Origin: a virus
Lineage: Duplodnaviria; Caudoviricetes
Direction: 5' to 3' (one strand)
Length of the DNA: 39,908 bases
IMG/VR virus record: IMGVR_UViG_3300042898_000321
Coordinates: 1 to 39,908 of that record
Position numbers and translations under genes: made by a program. The notes under the pieces were generated by a model that had not been told where the DNA came from, searched no databases, and saw nothing but the letters and a program-made list of their open reading frames with translations. Shown in pieces: positions 17,649 to 26,535 of this stretch. How positions within the stretch are numbered: position 1 is the stretch's first letter; each line of letters starts with the position of its first letter.

Positions 17649-17820
17649 TGTCTTCCTTCAGAAGATTGTTCAAGATTTGCAGAGACTCCCCGAGTCCTGC
17701 GTAATGACCAGTCATTCGCTGATAGGTCTCCCATGTCGCAGCATTTCCAGCCGCTAGGGACAGGCTTATTTCAGCCTTTCGAGACTCTATCGCGCCGATG
17801 AGGTCGGAGATGGTTTTCAT
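17632..17820 (-). CDS. Small helical head-module protein
   Basis: L..G.A..WE.YQR..G...GL; coupled to neighbours between portal and GroES. Confidence 0.7.
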   Translation of the reverse strand: MKTISDLIGAIESRKAEISLSLAAGNAATWETYQRMTGHYAGLGESLQILNNLLKEDNDNDE

Positions 17821-17969
17821 TTTTTCTTCTGGCTCAGTGCGCCTCCTTTGGGTTGTGCAGGCTTGGCGTTGCCGCCCTGCGACTTCAGGGATGTGCCGTC
17901 GAGCTTCTCGCCAGCAGCGATGCGCTTGTGCATGGGCACGGCTTCATTGTGATAAGGGTTGGTTGCCAT
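17817..17969 (-). CDS. 50-aa basic protein (not in ORF track)
   Basis: GGAG SD; MATNPYHNEAVPMHKRIAAGEKLDGTSLKSQGGNAKPAQPKGGALSQKKK; ATGA overlap with the next gene. Confidence 0.65.
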   Translation of the reverse strand: MATNPYHNEAVPMHKRIAAGEKLDGTSLKSQGGNAKPAQPKGGALSQKKK

Positions 17970-17970
17970 T

Positions 17971-20493
17971 TCAGACTCCTAGGTTGCGTTGTGCCTCTTG
18001 CTGGAGGCGGATTGCAGTTTCAAACTGCTCTGTTTGCAATATCTGATCCTTCTGGGTCAGACGTGCAGTCTCGATGCGCTCTTTCGTGAGGTTGTCCACG
18101 GAGTTGAGCGCGATGTCCATTTGCTCTTTGCGGTCGAATTCGGCGGCTTCCTGTTGGAGCTGCTGGCCCTTGAGTTGCAACTCGCCAGCGTCCTTCTTGG
18201 CGCGGCGCTCTGTCTCGGCCATGGAGGTCTCGCGCAGGACCATGGCTTCGGGTGGAAGCTGGGGCTTGGGTGCGAGTTGCTGCATGGACTGCAGGAGCTG
18301 CTGGATCAGCGGGACGATCTGGGAGAAGGCCTTCTCGCTGTCCATCTTGACGTGCTGAGACGCAATGGCGAACACCTTGTCGATCTCGGCTGTCAGTTGC
18401 TTGTTCTCGTACTCCTCTTCGGTCAGAGGCTTGTCGCCACGGGCCTTGGAGACGTAGCCGTTCATGCGGTTCAAGTACCACATGACCATGTGCTGCTTGA
18501 TGTGCTCCAAGCTGCGTGGCAGGTAGAACGAGGCCATGATCGGGTTCGAGCCGAAGATCGGGTTCAGGGCAAAGTCCAGATGGCTCTGGATGTGCGCCAG
18601 ATGATCCTGCTGGATGTACGCGAAGGCGTTCTGGCCCAAGGCCATAGCGACGTTCTCGTCCGCTGGTGTGCGCTCCTCGGGGGCTGGGGTGTCCTTGAGC
18701 AACTCGTTGATGGCCGGGATCTTGAGCTGCTTGAGGAGGCGCTGCTCCACCGCTTGGCGGTTGTACAGGTCAGGTGCCTTGTCGGCCCGGGCCAGCACAG
18801 CCTGCATTTGGGCCATGCGCTGGGTCTCGGAGAAGATGTGGGGGTCAGAGACTGGCACCACGTCAGTGTTGCGGCGGAAGTCTTCGGACTCGATCTCCAG
18901 CTCCTCGACGATCTCGCCCTTGCGCTGGTCGTCCAAGTACCAGCGGTTCAAGCGGCCAAGAATCTTCAGCACCCGGGCCTGCGAGTCGTGCAGGCGGGAG
19001 TGGATGGCCGAGAACACGGCAGCGCCCTGCTCGATCAGAGCTTGAGTCGTGCCCACAGGGGTGTTGGCGTTGACGTCGGCAATCTTCTCCTCGGCGGTGG
19101 TGACCACGCCCCGGGCGGCTTTGTCGAGGTAGCCCACCAGCTCAAACAGCACCTGCGAGGGTGGGTTGAACGGCATGGGCATGGCGATCTTGCGGATGTC
19201 GTCCACGCCGGGTGCGCCCTCGATCTCCACGATCTGGGTGACGTCGACCTGCTGGCTCTGGCCGCTGATCTTGGCCCCCTTGAGCTTGAGCATGGTGGCG
19301 GCGTTGTTGATGTGTGCGCTGTCCAACAGAGCGCGGATGCCGCCAGTCAGGGCCGCAGACAAGCCGCCGATCAGGTGGGGCAGGCCAATGGCATAGGCAC
19401 CGCGCCATGGGATGAACTTGAACTCCACAACCCAGTCCAGCTTGGTCATGGTGTCGTCGCCGTCTTCCCAGTTGCGGTACAGGCCGATAACCTCGTGCTC
19501 CAAGTCGTCGATCATCATGATGTACGGGGCCATCTCGCCCTTGGACTCGCCGTCCTCGTCCAGCTCCAAGTGGCAGTAGACGTGGTAGACCGTGCGCTCA
19601 CCGTCCTCGTTGTCCTGATACTTGCGGCCTTCGATCTTGTCGTTGGCCTTCTCCGCTGCAGTCTGGTCCGGCTGCATGGTCGCCCGGATGACGTCGATGT
19701 CACGGTACAGGCCCGTGCGGATGCGGCGTTTGAACTCCCACTCCGTGATGACATGGACCTCGGTCGCACGCTGGGCGGTGTAGAAGTTGGTGGCCGAGAA
19801 CGGAACAATCACCCGGTCGATGGGCAGGAACTCAGCGCAGGGGCGCTTCTTCTGCTCGTCGTACCAGAGCTTCATGTACTGGGAGCCGCCCAGCGGGAGC
19901 TGGGTCAGGAGCTGCTCCTGCTCGTCGCGGAACTCCTCGATCTGCTCGGTGAGCTGCCAGTTCATGTAGTCGCGCTTGCGCTCGGCTCTGGCTGTCTTGT
20001 CCTCGTCGACCTTGCCCAAGATCTTGGTCTTGACCGGGCCGTCAGGCGGGAACATCTCTTTGATGGCGCGGGAGGCAAAGTCAACGCAGGCCTCGGCCAT
20101 GACGGGGTGAACCACCTTGGACGCGCCGGAGAAGGTTGCGCCACCGGGGGCGTCCTTGCCCAGACCGGTGCGCTTGAGGCCCTCCTCGTACTGCTTGTCG
20201 CGCTCCTCGCGGGCCTGCTTGTCCTTCTCGATCAGGTCGATGTACCGCAGGGCGATGCTGCCCAGCTCACCCGGGTCGATGACTTCGGCCAAGTTCTGGT
20301 AGAACTCGCCGTCTTCCATCGGGCCTTCGGTGTCCATGGACACCACCACAGAGCCGTCAGGCAGCTCCTCAAGCTCGGTGGATTCGTCAGGCAGCTCGAA
20401 CTCCATCTCGTCGTCTTGGGTCTCTTCTGGCTGGTCTGGAACGCCGGGGACGAAGCGTCCGTACTCGGGTTCGATTGGGAACTCTGTAGCCAT
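17971..20493 (-). CDS. Portal protein
   Basis: 840 aa; GAS.VVHP.MAEA..F..RA.KE.FP..GPVKT, LPLGGS...K and PVGTT.AL.E motifs; C-terminal Gln-rich barrel; position upstream of scaffold and capsid. Confidence 0.85.
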   Translation of the reverse strand: MATEFPIEPEYGRFVPGVPDQPEETQDDEMEFELPDESTELEELPDGSVVVSMDTEGPMEDGEFYQNLAEVIDPGELGSIALRYIDLIEKDKQAREERDKQYEEGLKRTGLGKDAPGGATFSGASKVVHPVMAEACVDFASRAIKEMFPPDGPVKTKILGKVDEDKTARAERKRDYMNWQLTEQIEEFRDEQEQLLTQLPLGGSQYMKLWYDEQKKRPCAEFLPIDRVIVPFSATNFYTAQRATEVHVITEWEFKRRIRTGLYRDIDVIRATMQPDQTAAEKANDKIEGRKYQDNEDGERTVYHVYCHLELDEDGESKGEMAPYIMMIDDLEHEVIGLYRNWEDGDDTMTKLDWVVEFKFIPWRGAYAIGLPHLIGGLSAALTGGIRALLDSAHINNAATMLKLKGAKISGQSQQVDVTQIVEIEGAPGVDDIRKIAMPMPFNPPSQVLFELVGYLDKAARGVVTTAEEKIADVNANTPVGTTQALIEQGAAVFSAIHSRLHDSQARVLKILGRLNRWYLDDQRKGEIVEELEIESEDFRRNTDVVPVSDPHIFSETQRMAQMQAVLARADKAPDLYNRQAVEQRLLKQLKIPAINELLKDTPAPEERTPADENVAMALGQNAFAYIQQDHLAHIQSHLDFALNPIFGSNPIMASFYLPRSLEHIKQHMVMWYLNRMNGYVSKARGDKPLTEEEYENKQLTAEIDKVFAIASQHVKMDSEKAFSQIVPLIQQLLQSMQQLAPKPQLPPEAMVLRETSMAETERRAKKDAGELQLKGQQLQQEAAEFDRKEQMDIALNSVDNLTKERIETARLTQKDQILQTEQFETAIRLQQEAQRNLGV

Positions 20494-20496
20494 GAA

Positions 20497-22413
20497 TCAA
20501 TTCCTCTGCATCAGTTCCAGAAGCATAGCATCTGGGTTTTCGGTGAAATGTACCGGATTTTGAACCTGTTGTTCATTATTCTCGTCAAACATTTGAGAGC
20601 CGATTGTCGCCGCTCCTGAGCCTGCGGCCAAGCCCTCTGGCCCCATGCCAGTCTTGCTGTACAGGGGCAGGCCTTTGGCCTTGACCTCCTCGCGCAATTG
20701 CGGGGTGATGTCGAAGGAGTGGAACCTGCCGTAGTTCTCAAACTCTTCTCTGTTTGAGAAATCAGCAAAGTGTTTGTTGCGTAGAGCTTGGCGGTCTGGT
20801 GAACTCATCTGCTGCCATTGATCAGGTGTAACCCCGGTGTCTAGGTACAGATCTTCTATTGACCAAGCGCGAGTAATCGGTTTTTTCAGTTCAATCTCCC
20901 CGACCGAGGAGCCGTAGGGTTTGCCGAAGTTGTTCAAGTAGTCGGGCAGGATCTTGTCGTAGAAGCCCTTCATGCCCTCGCCGCCGACTTGGAGGTCAAC
21001 GCCATTAAGTTGCTTGTAACTTCCAGCGTAAGGCTGCGCAATCAACTTTTCTGCCGCCTCTTTGCCAATGTAATCGGCAAGATTTTCTGGCGTCACATCA
21101 TCGGCCATCTTGTCAAAATTGCTGCTGTTTTTTTGTTTTGCATACAAGCGGCCTTTTTCTGGGTTCCACTCAATTGCGTCAATCTGCTTGCTGAGGTCAT
21201 ACCGCTTGGCTTGCTCTGCACCCGGGGTGATGGCGATGCTGTCGTAGCCGTTCTCTGCTGCGTAATCCAGCACGCGCTTCATTGCCAGCTCGTGCCAGTT
21301 CTTCTTGAATGGGGCGTCGGGGACTGCTCCGGCTGTTGTCTTTTCACTCAAAACATATTGAGCGGCTGCATCCATTGAGTCAAAACGCGACTTAGGAATT
21401 TGAAAAACTTGATCTGGTGTTTTTAGATACCAGAATAAATCAGCGTTGTCTAATCCAAATTCAGATTGCGCTTGCTCTTTGCTGTATGGCGACAAATCCT
21501 CAGGCTTATATTTGTTGCTGTACCCGCCCTTACGCCCAGCCTGATGCCAGTCAGACTGGATCTCGTCAACCAGCAGAACCTTCTTGGGCTTGCCTTGTGC
21601 CGGTGCCAACTTCAACTGACTGCGCATATTTTCAGGGTACTGAAACATGGCAGCATGCGCCTCCTGAATTGTCGGGAATACCTCAGACTTGTTGCCCGAG
21701 CGAGTGTTAACCACGGCATACCCCTTTGATGGCACTTGGAAGTCCTGCACACGGATGTGGGCCAGCAGGTTGGGGTCTTCGCGGTAGTGGCTGCTGGTGT
21801 AGTTCGTTGCGCCAGCAGGCTCCTTGGCCTTGAGTTCTTGGTAACGAGCCATCCTCTCTGGGGTGGCCTTCCCCTCAGTGCGGCGCAAGTCAGCCTCGTA
21901 CAGCATCAGCTCGTCCTGCTCCATCTTGGTCAGGCCGCGCTTTGGCAGCTTCAGCAGGATCTCGCGGTAGTTCTCGCCGCCCGGGGTCTTGTACTGCTCG
22001 TACTGCGTTGTGGGCAGCTCCCTGAACATCTTTTCGAGTCTGGCCTTCTCCTGCTTGTTGAGATCAAACCAGTCAACGCCGTACTCCTCTTGGGCCTTGG
22101 CCTCCAAGAAGTCTTCGTAGTCAGGCGATTCGCTGCTCAAGACCTTCTCTTGCACCTTGGGCGGGGCTTTATCCTCAAAGATCTTCTGCACCTCGGCCTT
22201 GGTCATCTTGGGCTTGTCTTTCAAGGCCTTCTCGATGCCACGCTCACGCAGCTCGGTGGGTTTTGCACCCTTCTTGACCAGCTCACCCAAGAACTCGTTG
22301 CCCAAGCCTTTGCCACGGGGCAGCTCATCCAAGACCATGTCAGCCTTGGAGAAGAACGGAGCGGCCTTCTTGGCCCCTTTTGCGGCCACGCCGACTAGAT
22401 CGAGTACACCCAT
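20497..22413 (-). CDS. Polyvalent-type putative injected protein, possibly divergent GNAT fold
   Basis: Conserved-looking blocks PGGENYRE.LL, SH....N.LAH.R, LL.DEIQSDWHQ, PDAPF..W, MKR....A...GYD.IA and GM..FYDK, separated by AT-richer inserts. Confidence 0.55.
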   Translation of the reverse strand: MGVLDLVGVAAKGAKKAAPFFSKADMVLDELPRGKGLGNEFLGELVKKGAKPTELRERGIEKALKDKPKMTKAEVQKIFEDKAPPKVQEKVLSSESPDYEDFLEAKAQEEYGVDWFDLNKQEKARLEKMFRELPTTQYEQYKTPGGENYREILLKLPKRGLTKMEQDELMLYEADLRRTEGKATPERMARYQELKAKEPAGATNYTSSHYREDPNLLAHIRVQDFQVPSKGYAVVNTRSGNKSEVFPTIQEAHAAMFQYPENMRSQLKLAPAQGKPKKVLLVDEIQSDWHQAGRKGGYSNKYKPEDLSPYSKEQAQSEFGLDNADLFWYLKTPDQVFQIPKSRFDSMDAAAQYVLSEKTTAGAVPDAPFKKNWHELAMKRVLDYAAENGYDSIAITPGAEQAKRYDLSKQIDAIEWNPEKGRLYAKQKNSSNFDKMADDVTPENLADYIGKEAAEKLIAQPYAGSYKQLNGVDLQVGGEGMKGFYDKILPDYLNNFGKPYGSSVGEIELKKPITRAWSIEDLYLDTGVTPDQWQQMSSPDRQALRNKHFADFSNREEFENYGRFHSFDITPQLREEVKAKGLPLYSKTGMGPEGLAAGSGAATIGSQMFDENNEQQVQNPVHFTENPDAMLLELMQRN

Positions 22414-25400
22414 TACAGTTTCCTTTCTTCGAGGATCAGATCGTCGGCGGTGATCTCACCACCTGCAGCTTTGCGCACAGAGCCACCCTCGTTGAAGCCG
22501 CGCACCTTGCGCAACTGGGTGTAGTACTTGTACATATCGTCGAGGTAGGCCTCATCAACCACCTGATGCGGGAACACCTTCTGAATGGTGCCGGTGAAGT
22601 CCTGTGGGCGGTACTTCTCGCGGACAAATGCCGTCACATCAGGGAAGCTGATCGAGAACGGGGACAGCTCGGGCGCACGACCCAAAGCAGTGCCCGGGAT
22701 GTCGTGGCTGTAGGTCTGGTGCGCAGAGTCAGGAATCAACTCAGCACCGGGCTTCATGCGACCAGCAGACAGGCCGGTGAGGTTGATCTCCATGTCCCTC
22801 AACTCAGGCTCAGTCATGGCGTACTCGATTGACTTGGCGTTTGGCAGATCAAGGGGCTTGGTGACCTTCTCTGTCTTCATGCGGTTGTTGAACCACTTGC
22901 GCAGCTTCGGGTCTTCCTTCATTGCCTGCAGGGCTTCCTCTGGGCTTGCAATACCGGGCCAGTTCTCGAACGTCACCCGCTCTTTGGTTGTTGGGTCAAC
23001 GTAGCCTTTGGACACGACTTTGTCGAAGGCGTTCATCTTGTCTTTGTTGAGCTTGGAATAGTCAATCGCCCTGATGCTTGCGTCAGCCATGTGCTGCGCG
23101 AAGTTGTTGGACATTTGACCCATCGCCAAGTGGTACGCAGTCACCATGTCGGTGTCATACAACTGGGCAAGCTCGGTGACCTTCTTCTGAAACAACTCTG
23201 CAGGGCCAATGTTTGATGCCCAGAACGCACGGGTCTCTTCCGGGTCGGACAGACGGCCACGGCCAAACAAAGCACCGCCCTCTGATGTCGTGCCAATCGG
23301 GATGCCATCAACGCTCTCCAAAAGCATGTCAGAGATGGTCTGGTCACCCGGCAAAGCGATGTTGACCTCACCAATCTTGGCCTCGTAGGGCTTCATCTCT
23401 GGCAGGTCTTTGATTGGCGTAACCTTGTAGTCCAGCTTCTTGAGTCGGTCAAACTCTCTTTTTGAGCGTCCAGCAAGGTTCGTAGTGTCCTTGAGTAAAG
23501 GGGAACGAACGAACTCACCAGCCTGTTGCTTGCCAACGCGCTCTGCAGCCTCGAAGATGTCCTTGGTGGTTGGTCGGACACGAGGAACGCTCAAAGGCAC
23601 AGCGGCCTCCTTTGCGCCCTTTGCCGCTCCCTTAGCGCCCATCTTTGCCAGAGCACCACCACCAGACATCTGTACGGCACCACCGTCGGCCTTGGTGATG
23701 TCCGGATCTTCGATGTCATATGTGCCACGGTTGCCGATGGCCGACTTGATCTTGTTCGGCTCGAACATGATGATCTCCTGCTCCCCGCCACGGTTGCCGT
23801 AGGGGTCTGCATGGATGATGCTGTCGTAGCCTTCCTTCTTCAGCTCCTCAATCGTCTTGGGGGCGATCAGGTCAGGGAACTCACTGCTACCGTCTGCGAA
23901 AACATCTCGCGCCCATTCGATTGACAGCTTGTCGTCAAGCATCAGCGGAGATCTGGCCTGCACATGAACAGGCATGACGTTGGTGCCTTCCCTAAACTCC
24001 TGTGTGCGACTGCTGATGTTGTGAGCGGCAGGCTGCTTCGTCGCATCAGGTGTCAGCCAGATTGCTGGTCCGCTCATCGTGGGGTCATCACCACCCGGCT
24101 TGAACTGCTTGAAGTCCTTAGGGGTTGCGTGATACAAACGCTCCCTGATCCTGCTGTTGCCAAGGAACTTCTGCAGGTTCTCTTCCCGCTCTGCCGCAGG
24201 CAGCACATCCTGCGTGCCCTTCACGGGCTTTGCAGCAGCCTTGGCGGTCTTTGACAGCTTGCCAACCAGTCCGCCACCAGCCATCTCAACATCGCCAACG
24301 ATGGCTTTCTGCGGGATCTCGAACTCGCTCCAGTCATCAGGGCCGCGCTCCATGCGAACACGGTATCCCGGCTCGTATGGCGACCTCATTGCCTTGCCCG
24401 TCTCAGGGTCAATGATTGGCTTCCCCATGCCCGGGCCAAACTCAGGATGGTCCTCGCGCATCACCTGATTGCCAACACGAGTGCGGTTCAGGATTGTGTA
24501 GGGCGGCTTGTTCTTTCCTGCGCTGTCTTTGGTGAAGACTCGCTGGCCCTTGTCGTATTGATAGTCGAAGCCTCCCATCATCTTTTGGGCTTCCATAGCG
24601 CCAGCACGGACCCTGTCACCCAAGTTGGTGTGGACGTCTTGCAGGGTGGTCAGATCTTTGCCAGCGGTTACGGGGGCTTTCATCCCGGCTGACTCTGCAG
24701 CTTTGCCAACTGTGCTTGCCAGCTTCTTGACCAGACCACCACCAGCCAGCTCAAGCTGCATGACGTCTGGGTTGTCGGAGAAGTGGACAGGGCCACCATC
24801 GGCGTACTCGCGGGGAGGCTTGACGATCAGGTCTTCCTGCGGCACGTCATAGCTTGTGGGTGGCGGGTACTGCAGGCGCTGCTGGGGCGTCATCATCTGG
24901 CGGTCTTGCACGGCCCGGGCCTCGGCCTCGCCAGCCAAGCGCTTGTAGTAAGTCATGGCGGCAGTCTCTTGGAGAGCACGCTCAACCTTGTCGCTGGTTA
25001 TTGGGTTTGCCTTGCGCTCGTTGACGTACTGCACATACGCAGCCTTGGCCTCATCCTCGGGGTACTTGTTGACCCTCTGAAAATCCTCAAACGAGGCTGG
25101 CTTGTAGGCCTCTTCACGCAGTTGCTTGAGGATCTCAAAAGCCTCTGGGTTCTGGAAGGCAAACGTAGGGCTACCGCCCGGACCCATGCCTTCAAGCGTC
25201 TGTACGGCATGCTGCATCTCGTGCAAGGCAGTTGACGTGGGGTTCTTGCTCATCAGCCCACGGTTGTACATATCCATCTCCATGTGCCCCGGGTAGCCTC
25301 CGCTCTTGGGCAAAACGCTCAAGGAGCCCATGGCCCCCTGAGATGCCCCCTCGTTGCCACCCATGGTGATGTTCAGGTTGCGCAGCTCAGGGTAGGCCTC

Positions 25401-26405
25401 ATACAGCTCGGGGTGGTCGAAGGCGTACTGGGCGTCAATGCCCTGCGTGCGGGCGTTCTTGCTGCGGCCTGAGATCTCCTCCTTCAAGGCGTCGATGTCG
25501 CTCCTGACGCCCTTCTTGGCTTCGGTCAAGGCCTTGGGGAACAGATCCTTCTGGGGCGTCGGCTTGATGCTCTCCTTCAACTCGCCGACCCGTCCTTTGA
25601 GGGCTGCGACTCGGTCTTGCTGCTCATCAGGCAGGACCAGCTTGGCTGCGCGGTCGTCGATCTCTTGGCGCAGGATGCCGTCAGCCCCACGGAAGGTGCC
25701 AGTGGCCTGCCAGACCTCCTCAGGGGTGTAGCCAGACTTCTCCATGCCAACAGCCATGTCAGCCTTGGCTTTGTTCCATGTCTTGGCCTTGGGGCCGACA
25801 AAAACACCGGCTTGAGAGTTCAGGGTGCGAGGGGCGGCTAGGTTCAGTGCGCCCTGCCTTGCCCCCTGCTGGGCTGCTCTGCCTGCCTGCCGTGTGGCTG
25901 GGCCAATCACGTTCTGCAGCATCATGGCCTGAGGAATGATGGGAGGGATCTTGTAGTCGCTCTCAAGGCTCTGCAGGAAGTTGCCCACGTCCTCAGCGTA
26001 CTCATAGGCCTTTGGTTGGTTGGGCTTGTAGATGTTCTCAGCGATGTACTCCTCAGCCGCCTTGCCGCCCTTGGTGATGGCCGTGGGCAGGGACTTGGCC
26101 GCTTGGTACATCCCGGAGCCGATCAGTCGGCCAGTCTGTATGCCACCGGCAATCTTCTCCAGCGGGGACATGGCTTCATCAGATTGACGCTTAAGGTCGG
26201 CCTGACGCGCAGATATGCGCTGGCTCAGGGCGCGATTTTCCATGGTTGGGACGGACAGGTCATAGTCTTCGAGCTTGGGCAGCTCCATCGCTCGGTCGTC
26301 GGAGAAGATCTGAGCAAGCTGCTCCTTGGCGGTGGGCTTGCGTTGGCCGCGCTTTCCTGCTTGAGGATAGATGCCGAAGGCGGCTTGCTCGGAGGGTTTG
26401 GGCAT
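22413..26405 (-). CDS. Large polyvalent protein: LPD23-like/HExxH metallopeptidase, SH3-like, ADP-ribosyltransferase-like and unknown C-terminal domains
   Basis: TGTFRGADG..R.EIDD and LHEMQHAVQ.LEG; YHAT...F, WLT, V.PV.V...P, GYD.II and EQE...F.P..IKS..GN.GTYD. Confidence 0.75.
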   Translation of the reverse strand: MPKPSEQAAFGIYPQAGKRGQRKPTAKEQLAQIFSDDRAMELPKLEDYDLSVPTMENRALSQRISARQADLKRQSDEAMSPLEKIAGGIQTGRLIGSGMYQAAKSLPTAITKGGKAAEEYIAENIYKPNQPKAYEYAEDVGNFLQSLESDYKIPPIIPQAMMLQNVIGPATRQAGRAAQQGARQGALNLAAPRTLNSQAGVFVGPKAKTWNKAKADMAVGMEKSGYTPEEVWQATGTFRGADGILRQEIDDRAAKLVLPDEQQDRVAALKGRVGELKESIKPTPQKDLFPKALTEAKKGVRSDIDALKEEISGRSKNARTQGIDAQYAFDHPELYEAYPELRNLNITMGGNEGASQGAMGSLSVLPKSGGYPGHMEMDMYNRGLMSKNPTSTALHEMQHAVQTLEGMGPGGSPTFAFQNPEAFEILKQLREEAYKPASFEDFQRVNKYPEDEAKAAYVQYVNERKANPITSDKVERALQETAAMTYYKRLAGEAEARAVQDRQMMTPQQRLQYPPPTSYDVPQEDLIVKPPREYADGGPVHFSDNPDVMQLELAGGGLVKKLASTVGKAAESAGMKAPVTAGKDLTTLQDVHTNLGDRVRAGAMEAQKMMGGFDYQYDKGQRVFTKDSAGKNKPPYTILNRTRVGNQVMREDHPEFGPGMGKPIIDPETGKAMRSPYEPGYRVRMERGPDDWSEFEIPQKAIVGDVEMAGGGLVGKLSKTAKAAAKPVKGTQDVLPAAEREENLQKFLGNSRIRERLYHATPKDFKQFKPGGDDPTMSGPAIWLTPDATKQPAAHNISSRTQEFREGTNVMPVHVQARSPLMLDDKLSIEWARDVFADGSSEFPDLIAPKTIEELKKEGYDSIIHADPYGNRGGEQEIIMFEPNKIKSAIGNRGTYDIEDPDITKADGGAVQMSGGGALAKMGAKGAAKGAKEAAVPLSVPRVRPTTKDIFEAAERVGKQQAGEFVRSPLLKDTTNLAGRSKREFDRLKKLDYKVTPIKDLPEMKPYEAKIGEVNIALPGDQTISDMLLESVDGIPIGTTSEGGALFGRGRLSDPEETRAFWASNIGPAELFQKKVTELAQLYDTDMVTAYHLAMGQMSNNFAQHMADASIRAIDYSKLNKDKMNAFDKVVSKGYVDPTTKERVTFENWPGIASPEEALQAMKEDPKLRKWFNNRMKTEKVTKPLDLPNAKSIEYAMTEPELRDMEINLTGLSAGRMKPGAELIPDSAHQTYSHDIPGTALGRAPELSPFSISFPDVTAFVREKYRPQDFTGTIQKVFPHQVVDEAYLDDMYKYYTQLRKVRGFNEGGSVRKAAGGEITADDLILEERKL

Positions 26406-26435
26406 GTTCGAGCCTTAGAAGGTAGATTTGCCCTG

Positions 26436-26464
26436 ATTATGCCTTCGGGGGGTGGTCAAGTCCA
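26436..26464 (-). promoter_or_regulatory. Putative sigma70 promoter TGGACT-17-CATAAT for the polyvalent protein gene
   Basis: In the 130-nt gap between terL and the 1330-aa gene. Confidence 0.4.
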
Positions 26465-26535
26465 CTCCAAGGCCCGGGCAGGTCTTGCAGCGCTTTACCC
26501 CTTGGCAAACCCCCAGCACCTCGCAGCGGGTCAGC

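Noticed and set aside
17989-20619. 876-aa plus-strand ORF
   Set aside because: Antisense shadow of the portal gene produced by strong GC3 codon bias; no SD or protein-like motifs
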